Below, piece after piece: positions 27,749-36,509 of a stretch of 64,000 nucleotides of DNA. Positions within the stretch are counted from its first letter, which is position 1. The number at the start of each line of letters is the position of its first letter. The notes below the pieces were generated by a model, which was given only the letters and a program-made list of their open reading frames with translations, was not told the DNA's origin and did no database searches. Source of the DNA: Candidatus Latescibacterota bacterium (lineage in GTDB: Bacteria; Latescibacterota; UBA2968; UBA8231); the NCBI GenBank assembly GCA_965215195.1, contig CBDCDC010000002.1, positions 480,001 through 544,000 of the forward strand, given 5' to 3'. Both the position numbers and the translations under genes were made by a program.

Positions 27749-28849
27749 ATGGATCGAACCGGGATTGGCGGTAAGCTGCTGTTGGCCGTTGCCAGCTTGG
27801 CCATTAGTACGCTCGTCCTAGAAGTCTCTTTTTGGCTCTTCGCTCGGTCCGAGCGAATCTATCCCTTGGTCTATTACGCGACGAGTGATCCGCGCATTGA
27901 CCTGTGGTGCTACGACGAGCACTTTGCGGGTACGCCCGACTGGGATCTGCGACGGGCACACCCGTATGGGAAGTTGACCTATCTGGGCAATGCCAACCAC
28001 GATTCCACCCTCGCCGATCTATCGCCGCTCAAAGTGCCCAATGCCATTGAGATGCGCCGCAACGAAGAACAACTGCGCGAGCGGCCAATGGCTGAGTTCG
28101 ACGCCCAGAGAGCCAAAATCGTCTTGGTGATTGGCGATTCCTTTGGCTTTGGTCAGGGGGTGCGGGTGGCCGAGCGCTTTTCGAATGTCTTGGAGAGCCG
28201 ATTGAAGCGGGAGCGCCCAGCCGAGCGCTATCAGATGTTCAATGCCTGTGTGCCGGGCATGAATATCAAGCGCATCGCCAAGACCATGGAACGCTACGTC
28301 GAGTACTTTGCTCGCGTTGAGCGCGTCGTGTATGCGTTTACCCTAAACGATCCATTTAGGAGCGGGCGTCTGCTGGAGCTGGAAAGGGAACTGGCCGATT
28401 TTATGCACTCGCGGCCTAAGGCCGAGGCCGCCCGATTTATGGCGGGGAGGAACAGCTACGCGCTGCGTTGGTTTGCCGTGCGCTTGCAGAGGAAGCAGGT
28501 CGCCTCGGACACCATTGAGTGGTACCGACAACTCTACAAAAATAACATGGGTTGGACCCTGACCCAGCAGTTGCTGGGCAGGATGCAGAAATCCTGCGCC
28601 GATAAGGGCATTAAATTCTCTGTGGTCGTCTTTCCCGTATTCTACCAACTCGCAGCCTATCCCCTAACAGAGGTACACGAAACGCTCGGGACATTGGCTC
28701 AGCACGAGGGAATACACTGCGTGGATCTCCTCGCTCAATTTGCCGGCAAGGACGCACGGAATTACTGGGTCCACCCGACGGATTTTCATCCCAATAGCCG
28801 AGCGCACCGAGAAGCCGGGGCTTTCCTATACGACGCCATTCCTTGGTAA
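27749..28849 (+). CDS. SGNH/GDSL hydrolase with N-terminal membrane anchor
   Basis: Block I IGDSFGFGQGV, block II N..VPG, block V DFHPN. Confidence 0.85.
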   Translation: MDRTGIGGKLLLAVASLAISTLVLEVSFWLFARSERIYPLVYYATSDPRIDLWCYDEHFAGTPDWDLRRAHPYGKLTYLGNANHDSTLADLSPLKVPNAIEMRRNEEQLRERPMAEFDAQRAKIVLVIGDSFGFGQGVRVAERFSNVLESRLKRERPAERYQMFNACVPGMNIKRIAKTMERYVEYFARVERVVYAFTLNDPFRSGRLLELERELADFMHSRPKAEAARFMAGRNSYALRWFAVRLQRKQVASDTIEWYRQLYKNNMGWTLTQQLLGRMQKSCADKGIKFSVVVFPVFYQLAAYPLTEVHETLGTLAQHEGIHCVDLLAQFAGKDARNYWVHPTDFHPNSRAHREAGAFLYDAIPW

Positions 28850-29042
28850 AACAGGCCGCTCAGGCGGGAGAATCGGCAAAAAAACCTTGCTTTTAATCCA
28901 TATAGTTTTGTATCCTACTCCCATATTTCACCCCGCGTCTTGTGCCAGAAAGGAGGTATTCCCTTTTCGCCGCAGTAAATCAGTTTAGGGCCTGGGCCGA
29001 GCCCAGACGTGTCGCATTGACCTCAACCTCGGAGTTTAAACC

Positions 29043-29957
29043 ATGAAGAAATTTGCTCTTATTGCTGGAGCTATCTTAATCTCCACTACTTGTTGGGCCC
29101 ATCTACCCGAAGGGTTGGTGAGGCCGGCGGTGCAATTCCCCACCGGACAGACTCCCATCATCGACAGTGACCTCTCCGATTGGGACGTGATTACGGATCC
29201 CTATTTGATCACCCACGAGGATTTGACCGAGACGGTGACCGGATTGGGCACTCAGCGCGATGCCGCGGATTTGGCCCTGCGGGCCTTCGTCGGTTGGAGC
29301 CCGGAGACCAACAAAATCTACATCATGGAAGACCGCTGGGATGACGCCGTCTGGGTGGGCGATCACAGTTGGGAAAACGCCAAAGGCAGTGGCTGCTCGG
29401 CCAATGCCCGCGATTTCTTGGAGATCCAGATCGACGGCGATCACAGCGGCGGTCAGTTCAACTCTTGGAGAGACGAATCCCTGACCCAAGAAGAAAAAGA
29501 CATTCTGCACGGCCAGCAGGCCCAGGGCTACGGTCTGCGCCCGAACGGACGCTACGCGTGGCACAAGACCTACGAGCACGCCTTGCCCCCGTTTGGCGAC
29601 GCGGCCTTTACCTGCACCAGCGGCCCAGGGGAGCCCGGCAACTTCTATGCCGAGTACATGTACACTCCGTGGAACGATCTGCGCTGGACCGACGTACCCA
29701 ACAGCGTCCAGCACATCCTCAAAGAAGGCGAGATCTTCGGTTTCAACTTCACGGTCCTAGATTCGGACGATGGGGGCGGCTACGATGGCTACTGGACCTT
29801 GAGCGGCGACACCAATAGCTGTCACCACGCCGATTTCCTCAGCGACTTTTATCTGAGCCCGGTTGATCCCGACATCGACTGGGCCTCGCAGGTCCGGGGG
29901 GGCACGGCCGTAGAAGAAAAGGGATGGGGCCATATAAAGGCCACCTTTGCCGAGTAA
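29043..29957 (+). CDS. Secreted CBM9/DOMON-like protein with TAVEE..WG-x-IK tail
   Basis: Signal peptide; P.ID.DLSDW, GW......IY....W.DD, D.LEI.ID.D and GF.F.V.D.D motifs of CBM9-like folds. Confidence 0.65.
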   Translation: MKKFALIAGAILISTTCWAHLPEGLVRPAVQFPTGQTPIIDSDLSDWDVITDPYLITHEDLTETVTGLGTQRDAADLALRAFVGWSPETNKIYIMEDRWDDAVWVGDHSWENAKGSGCSANARDFLEIQIDGDHSGGQFNSWRDESLTQEEKDILHGQQAQGYGLRPNGRYAWHKTYEHALPPFGDAAFTCTSGPGEPGNFYAEYMYTPWNDLRWTDVPNSVQHILKEGEIFGFNFTVLDSDDGGGYDGYWTLSGDTNSCHHADFLSDFYLSPVDPDIDWASQVRGGTAVEEKGWGHIKATFAE

Positions 29958-29996
29958 TTGCACTGTGCAGTAAAGGTTTGGCTGCACATGATCGCC

Positions 29997-30039
29997 ATGC
30001 CGCCATGCCGAGAGTTCCCTCTGGCATGGCGGCATTTTT
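29997..30039 (+). terminator. Strong stem-loop with U-tract after the CBM9-like gene
   Basis: ATGCCGCCATGCC (29997-30009) / GGCATGGCGGCAT (30023-30035), followed by TTTT. Confidence 0.7.
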
Positions 30040-30065
30040 GTACGCGAAAGGGGCAGGAGGTGCAG

Positions 30066-31811
30066 ATGCGGAGAGATCGTTCAAGCGCGCAGATCTACTG
30101 GCCTCTGCTAGTGCCGCTCTGGTTGGCCTTGGCGGCGACCGCGCAGGCGGCAGATACCCGAGTGATAGGCGGCAGGGCCGGCGGGGAGCGCTGGGAGGAG
30201 CGCGCTGCGGCCGCGCCGATTATTGATTTTACCAGCCGGCCCGGATGGATCTTGCCCAGCTTTATCGATACTACCACCAACATCGCCTTGGGGACTTTGG
30301 CGCGCGGTGGGAGGGTGGTCTCGCCCAATGCCCAAGCCGTCTTGCGGGTCGACAAGGAGACGCTGGCAGCCGGCTTGGAGAGCATGGTAGATGGAGATCA
30401 TCAGACGGCTTTTGAGGTCAAGAACATAACGGCTTCGGGCATTCTCGTGATCTTCGACCTCGGCGCCCGGTTCGGGGTGAATCGCATACGCTTTTTCCCG
30501 CGCACCTCTTTTCCCAATGATTTCATGCGGGGGTATGCGCTCTTCATCAACGACGGTATTTTCGGGGCTGAAATCGTAGCCGAGTCCATCGACGGGCTGC
30601 CGACCAAAAATCTCTTCGCCCAGATAGATCAGCAGACCGGCAATAGCCAGGATACTGTAAACGTGCAGTTTCCCCTGCGCTATGTGCGCTATCTCCTCTT
30701 GCAAGCCACGGACCGATCCAATTGGGAAATTGACGAGATTGAAGTCTTTGGTCGGGGTTTTGTCCCCGAGGCCGACTATTTGTCCCAAGTTTTCGACTTT
30801 GATCGACCCACGCTCTGGGGCCAACTGCACTGGGCCGCCGAGGCCGTGGGGCACCCGGAAAAATCCCGATTTTTCATCCGTACGCGCAGCGGCAGCAGTC
30901 CATCGCCCACAGAGGAGCCGGACGCTTGGAGCTCTTGGTCCGCTCCCTACCTGAGCGGAGATACCCCGATTCTTTCGCCAGCGCCGCGGCAGTACTTCCA
31001 GTTCCGCCTCGATTTTGCAAGCGACGGTCTGGTAGATGGAACCGCAGTGGATTCGCTGGCTTTTGAATTTTCCGCTCCAGTAGCGGAATCCATCGTCGGG
31101 GAAATATGGCCCCAAGATGTCCCGGTGGGGGTGGATACGACCTTTACTTATGTCGTCCAAGTGGTCAATGGTCGAGGTTTCGACCGCTTGGAAATCGACA
31201 GCTCGGTTCCGGTGCGCACGGTTCGGTCGCTGCACCTTGACGACGAAGAAGTGGAGAATTTCGTCGCCGAGCCGCACGCGAGCGGCCTTGCAGTGACCTT
31301 TCCGCGCCAGAGTGGCAGCCGCGACCTGCGGGTGGTTTTCGACGCGGCGATTTTGCGCTACGAGACGGTTTTTAGCGGGCGCCTGCGCGACAGCGAGTCG
31401 GACGACTTGCCCCAGGAGATTGAAGAAGGAAACGCCGCTGGATCGCTGCTCGGCGACGATCTGAGCGTGAGAGTGCCGCTGGATCGGGCCCCGGTCGTCC
31501 ATCGGGTGATCGTGGCACCCAACCCTTTTACGCCCAATGGAGACGGGATCAACGATCAGACGACCATCAGCTACGATCTACTGCATTTGATAAACGACGT
31601 TCCGGTTTCTTTGCAGGTCTATGACCTAGCCGGAAAACAAGTAGCGGAATTGCCGGTGGAGAGCAACCAGAGTGGGCGTCATCTGGTGCATTGGAACGGC
31701 CAGAATGCCCAAGGTCGCTATCTGCCGCCGGGACTGTACGTCTTGCAGGTGAAAGTGGCAACGGACAGCGGCGCGGTGAGCCGCAGCAGTTTTGTCGCAA
31801 TCGTCTATTAG
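30066..31811 (+). CDS. Secreted discoidin-like + FlgD-Ig/type-B-CTD-like protein (paralog 1)
   Basis: GGAGG RBS and signal peptide; FDLG....V.RIR..., EIEVFG.GF, WS.WS.PY, PNPFTPNGDG.ND, WNG......LPPGLY. Confidence 0.8.
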   Translation: MRRDRSSAQIYWPLLVPLWLALAATAQAADTRVIGGRAGGERWEERAAAAPIIDFTSRPGWILPSFIDTTTNIALGTLARGGRVVSPNAQAVLRVDKETLAAGLESMVDGDHQTAFEVKNITASGILVIFDLGARFGVNRIRFFPRTSFPNDFMRGYALFINDGIFGAEIVAESIDGLPTKNLFAQIDQQTGNSQDTVNVQFPLRYVRYLLLQATDRSNWEIDEIEVFGRGFVPEADYLSQVFDFDRPTLWGQLHWAAEAVGHPEKSRFFIRTRSGSSPSPTEEPDAWSSWSAPYLSGDTPILSPAPRQYFQFRLDFASDGLVDGTAVDSLAFEFSAPVAESIVGEIWPQDVPVGVDTTFTYVVQVVNGRGFDRLEIDSSVPVRTVRSLHLDDEEVENFVAEPHASGLAVTFPRQSGSRDLRVVFDAAILRYETVFSGRLRDSESDDLPQEIEEGNAAGSLLGDDLSVRVPLDRAPVVHRVIVAPNPFTPNGDGINDQTTISYDLLHLINDVPVSLQVYDLAGKQVAELPVESNQSGRHLVHWNGQNAQGRYLPPGLYVLQVKVATDSGAVSRSSFVAIVY

Positions 31812-31829
31812 CACCACACGGGGGGCCAT

Positions 31830-34556
31830 ATGACCAGATGGAGTGCGCGTCCGAGCCGGCAGCTTCTCCTCGCAGCAGCAGGTATCGCACTGTTGCTGAG
31901 TCTTGCAGCAGTACCCGACCGAGCCGTAGCCCAAGGACTTGATTATGGCCACAGATTGGGCCTGCAGCGCGGCGGCGAGGTCTCGTACGAACCAGTGGGC
32001 TCGGGCGTACTTTTCGACGCCTTGGACCCGGCCGTGCGGCGCTGGTACGTGCCGCAGGAACTTTTCCTTCTCTATCGCTGGAAGCAATGGGAGTACACCA
32101 ATTATGCCCGGGATCACTACCAGCGCTATCTGAATCCCGATATAGAGGGGGATTATTTTTACGACCTGTATGGGTCTTTCATCTCCAAAGGCTGGCTCAT
32201 CTACGATTGGCGCCAGCAGCAGCCGCAGCAGTTTGGCAGCGCCATTTTCAAAGATCCGCGGTTTGGGTCGTGGTTCAATCGGCTGGTCATCTCCTCGGAC
32301 CGCAGCGGCCAGTACCACATGGCCCTGACCATTGGCGAACAGCTCCGCACCACCTTGACGCCCATGACTTTTTCTAAGCCGGCTTTCGACGGGGTGCAGA
32401 TGGATCTCCAGTCCGACAAGTACGCGGCCACGATATTGATGTCGCGCATTAGCTCGCCGGGCAGAGCGGGCACCATTACGGTGGAAGCGACCAATAGCAC
32501 CAACCTCTTCGGCTTTAGGGGAACGACCCAGATCGGCGATTTTGTCAAGGTGGGCGGCACTTATGTCAACGCCCATCATTCCCAGACCTTGATCGAGAGC
32601 CTCGAGGGCGACCCGGTAAGCGGCTCCCTGACCGTGGGGCAGAACCTCGAACCCATAAGCCAGCTCTTCGTCCGTTTGAGCGATGATTCACCCGCGGATC
32701 GCGAAGGCGGGGCCGCGCTGTTTTCCCACGATATCATCATCGAGGCCGAGACCGAGGTTGTGGTTGTAACAGACGATGGCGAAGAGCGGATCGAAATTCG
32801 CAAAGAGACGGTGCGCGGCAGCGAGATCGGCTTCAGTGCCCTCATCAACGGAGGGTTTCGGCGGCGGGGCTTTCTCGCGGCCGATGGCAGCGAGCAGATC
32901 GTGCTGACCTATGATTTCACCAGCGAGAACCGCTCGTACAACGGCCCGGACCTCTCCACCATTCGCCGGGTCACCCTCGAATTGGCCGTAGCCAACGACT
33001 ACCACATTGAGATGGGGTCCGATCGCCAGACCAATCTGCCCGAGCGCCAGCCGGTCTTTCTGACTCAGGCGCGGGCCGCGGGCAATGTAAAAGACGGCTC
33101 CAACCTGAGATTGGTGCGCTTTGACTACGGTTTGCCCACGGGCAACGACATCTTCGGCGGCACCATCGAAGTAAACGATCTGCTGGGCTTTGACCTCTAC
33201 GCCGAGTTCGATCGCAGCCGGCGCTTCCGCAAGTACCCCAATCGCAAATTCACCGAACACCTCATGGACTCCAACGAGGCCAGTGCTTGGATGATCAATC
33301 TGGCGCGGCGGACCTATCCCTTGTTCTTCTTTGGCGAAGTTTATAGCATGGATTACGACTACGGCACTACCGGCTTGCTCACGGAAGCCAACGGGGACAT
33401 TGACTACACCAACGAACGCCGGTTTTTCTACGAATTCGTCGAGGACAACGACGATCAGGATCGCACGCCCGACTGGCAGCGCGTCAACCAAGCGGGGCCG
33501 GACCGGGAAATTTTTCCGGGCTGGGACGAGAACAACGATTTCATCTCGGATTTCAACCAGAACGACACCGACTTCCGCCCGAATTACATTCCCGATTACG
33601 AAGAACCTTTCCTGCGCTACAGCGTGGATCGCCCCGAGTTCCTCTTTGGGGTAGATATGAACAACAATTTCTGGATCGACCGCTTTGAAAACGACGAAGA
33701 GCCCGACTTCCCCTACGACCGCGACCACCGCGGAGGCAATGTCTATGCCGGCGCTCACATCGTGCCCGGGATGCGGGTGACGGTTGGCCGCAAGCAGGAG
33801 CGCACGCTTTCTACCGACCGGGAGGAAAACAGCAGCTACGGGATGTTCACTTGGGATCGGGATATAGCTGGGTGGGGCCGGCTGCGGGTCTTCGACATGT
33901 TCAAGCAGGTTGAGGACACTATCCCGGACGATATCGTTCAGTGGGTGCAGCCGGCGGGTACTGAGGCGAATCTACAGCGGGTTCCAGACCTATTAGCCGC
34001 TCCCAACACTTGGATAAATTCCGCCTATATCGGTTTTGACTACACCGGGAGCGCCAAGCTGAAACTGGTCCACAAAGTGAAATACGATGTCTGGCATCAG
34101 CGGGAGGAACAGTCGGACTTTCGCGACAAGTACCAATTTTTTGGCCTTATTAACAAAGCCGAGTACCGGCAACAGTGGGGACGCTTTCAGCTCGCGCCCA
34201 AGATCAAAAACGAATTGCGGCTCGAAGCGCCCTTGTTGAGCAATGAGCCGGTGCGAAGAGAGGACACCTTGATCCTGTTCCTCATTGGCCAGACCCCTAT
34301 ACTGACCGGCTCAGAAGTACAAGTGGGAGTCGAGTACACCCTATTCAACCAATTCGAAGAAGACGCGACAGCCTTGGGTCTGCAGGAAGATTTTCAGGAG
34401 TTGGTGCTGGCGGTCCAATACTCCAATACCGGCGCTTATTTGGGATACGCTTTGACCACCCAGTTGGGCATGCGAATCAACCGCATAGACGAAAAGGGGC
34501 AAAATCCCTCGACGGGCATAGCGCAGTTCATTACGGTACTCGCGGGACTCGATTAA
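31830..34556 (+). CDS. 908-aa exported protein, putative outer-membrane beta-barrel with acidic Ca-binding-like loops
   Basis: Signal peptide; D/N-rich loops (EDNDDQDRTPD, DENNDFISD, DMNNNFWID); alternating amphipathic strands toward the C-terminus. Confidence 0.6.
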   Translation: MTRWSARPSRQLLLAAAGIALLLSLAAVPDRAVAQGLDYGHRLGLQRGGEVSYEPVGSGVLFDALDPAVRRWYVPQELFLLYRWKQWEYTNYARDHYQRYLNPDIEGDYFYDLYGSFISKGWLIYDWRQQQPQQFGSAIFKDPRFGSWFNRLVISSDRSGQYHMALTIGEQLRTTLTPMTFSKPAFDGVQMDLQSDKYAATILMSRISSPGRAGTITVEATNSTNLFGFRGTTQIGDFVKVGGTYVNAHHSQTLIESLEGDPVSGSLTVGQNLEPISQLFVRLSDDSPADREGGAALFSHDIIIEAETEVVVVTDDGEERIEIRKETVRGSEIGFSALINGGFRRRGFLAADGSEQIVLTYDFTSENRSYNGPDLSTIRRVTLELAVANDYHIEMGSDRQTNLPERQPVFLTQARAAGNVKDGSNLRLVRFDYGLPTGNDIFGGTIEVNDLLGFDLYAEFDRSRRFRKYPNRKFTEHLMDSNEASAWMINLARRTYPLFFFGEVYSMDYDYGTTGLLTEANGDIDYTNERRFFYEFVEDNDDQDRTPDWQRVNQAGPDREIFPGWDENNDFISDFNQNDTDFRPNYIPDYEEPFLRYSVDRPEFLFGVDMNNNFWIDRFENDEEPDFPYDRDHRGGNVYAGAHIVPGMRVTVGRKQERTLSTDREENSSYGMFTWDRDIAGWGRLRVFDMFKQVEDTIPDDIVQWVQPAGTEANLQRVPDLLAAPNTWINSAYIGFDYTGSAKLKLVHKVKYDVWHQREEQSDFRDKYQFFGLINKAEYRQQWGRFQLAPKIKNELRLEAPLLSNEPVRREDTLILFLIGQTPILTGSEVQVGVEYTLFNQFEEDATALGLQEDFQELVLAVQYSNTGAYLGYALTTQLGMRINRIDEKGQNPSTGIAQFITVLAGLD

Positions 34557-34582
34557 CGCACGCCAGTGCGGGAGGTAGCGGC

Positions 34583-36487
34583 ATGAAAAGAACGAGGCCG
34601 ATTTCACTGCTTGTAGCCGCTTTGGTGCTGGCGGGTCAATCCGCTGCCTTGGAGATTTTCCGCATCGGCGGTGAAAATTTCCCACCGCCGCCAGAGGCGT
34701 CGGATCCGGCGGTCGCTTTCACCTTAGTGCCGTGGAGTGATTTTCTGGAAAAGGACGGTTTTGACGACGAGGCATTTGCTGCCGGCACCCTGCGGCCTCT
34801 CTTCCTGACCCCAGAGGACAATATCGCCCTGACCAGTCTGAATCGCGGCGGCGGCCCCTTTTCGCGCGGCTGCGGGGGCTATCAATTTCTCCTCGACGGT
34901 TGCCATGCTACGCGGCTGGTCGATGGGGATCTCAATACCTTTTACCTAAAGCAGCCCTACGGCTTTGTATTCCAGTCCGGGGACCGCTCTAGCTGGCTCA
35001 TCTTCGATTTGGGCGGGGCCTTCTCGGTAAACCGGGTCCGGCTCATCAGCACGCCGGGCACCTCCCTTTATCCAGACAAGCTCCAAGTCACTACTAGCAT
35101 GATTCCCCAGATTGTGGAGCGGGGACAATACGGCGGCGTGGATCCCGGCAGGACGGTCTTTTCCGTGGTCGAAAATACCCAAGACACCATAGAAGCGGTC
35201 TTTCCCACTATGCGGGCCACCGAGGTGGGCTTGCAGATTACCGTGACGACCAGCAGAAACATGGAAATATCCGAGGTGGAGATCTACGGGGAGGGCTTTG
35301 TCAACCGGGCCTCCTACGTCAGCAAGTTTTTCGACTTGGAGGAACCGGCCATTTTGGGCCAGATGCGCTGGCAGGGGCGGAAAGATCCGCAGGTCCGCAT
35401 CGACATCCATTCGCGCTCCGGCAAGACGCTGGATCCCAATGTGTACTGGCGCAATACCGGACGGGGAGACGAGCTTTCCCGCTTTGACGAAAACGGGAAG
35501 CTGCTCGACGCAAAGGGCTATGCCGGCTTAAAGACCGGCGAAGCGGCGGGAATCACCTACGACACCGAAAACTGGAGCTTCTGGTCGCCCCCCTATGAGT
35601 TCGCCGACAGCCTCGGCACTCCCGTCATCTCCCCAAGCCCCAATAACGTCTTCCAATTCCGCGTCGATTTTCAGCCCGATGCCCTGCAGGGCGGGGAGGT
35701 GGATTTTGTCGAGTTTTCGGTCACCAAGCCTCCCTTGGCCCAGAATGTAGTGGGAGAGGTCTATCCCCCGGAAGTGCCCCTCGGAGAGGTTTCGCAATTC
35801 GCGTACGTTATTTCCCCCACCATGACGCCGGACCACTCTGGTTTCGACCAGATTGAAATAGCTGCCCCGTTTGGCTTTGCCGGTGTCGATTCGGTGCGGG
35901 CCACTGGTCTAGTAGATTGGTCTGTACAGGTCGCGAGCCCGGATTCGACCCTCTTTTCCGTGCAACTTTTGCCGCGCCGCGAAGCCGGCGATCTAGGCGG
36001 GCCGGTTGAGGTGTACTTTCGCGCACCGGTGTTGCGCTACGGCACCCCATTCGACGGCTGGGTGCGGGATAGCGAACGCCCCTTGGAATTGGCGCAGCGG
36101 ATCAACCCGGGCAATGCCGCGCCCGAATTGGTGAGCGAAACCCTGTCGGTGCGCACGTCCCTGAGCGCGCGTCTGCTGGCGGACCTGCTGGTTGAGCCGA
36201 GGGTCTTTAGCCCCAATGGGGATGGAGTGAACGACAGCGCCAGATTTTCTTTGAATCTGCTACAGGTGACGGAAAACGTGCCCTTGAAACTGGAAATTTT
36301 CGACCTGTCCGGGCGGCTGTTGCGCCGGCAAGAAGGGCTGCACGAAAGCGGCCGGTTCAGCTTTTCTTGGGACGGTAGAGACGATCAGCAAGAACGGGTA
36401 GGGCCCGGCCTCTATATGTACCGCATCGCGGTGGAGGCCAAAAACGGGGACGATCAGCAAACTGGAACCATAGCAGTGGTGTACTAA
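34583..36487 (+). CDS. Secreted discoidin-like + FlgD-Ig/type-B-CTD-like protein (paralog 2)
   Basis: Same motif series: FDLGG, EVEIYGEGF, WSFWSPPY, FSPNGDGVND, WDGRD...PGLY. Confidence 0.8.
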   Translation: MKRTRPISLLVAALVLAGQSAALEIFRIGGENFPPPPEASDPAVAFTLVPWSDFLEKDGFDDEAFAAGTLRPLFLTPEDNIALTSLNRGGGPFSRGCGGYQFLLDGCHATRLVDGDLNTFYLKQPYGFVFQSGDRSSWLIFDLGGAFSVNRVRLISTPGTSLYPDKLQVTTSMIPQIVERGQYGGVDPGRTVFSVVENTQDTIEAVFPTMRATEVGLQITVTTSRNMEISEVEIYGEGFVNRASYVSKFFDLEEPAILGQMRWQGRKDPQVRIDIHSRSGKTLDPNVYWRNTGRGDELSRFDENGKLLDAKGYAGLKTGEAAGITYDTENWSFWSPPYEFADSLGTPVISPSPNNVFQFRVDFQPDALQGGEVDFVEFSVTKPPLAQNVVGEVYPPEVPLGEVSQFAYVISPTMTPDHSGFDQIEIAAPFGFAGVDSVRATGLVDWSVQVASPDSTLFSVQLLPRREAGDLGGPVEVYFRAPVLRYGTPFDGWVRDSERPLELAQRINPGNAAPELVSETLSVRTSLSARLLADLLVEPRVFSPNGDGVNDSARFSLNLLQVTENVPLKLEIFDLSGRLLRRQEGLHESGRFSFSWDGRDDQQERVGPGLYMYRIAVEAKNGDDQQTGTIAVVY

Positions 36488-36509
36488 GTCGCAAGGGGGT
36501 AGAGCACTT

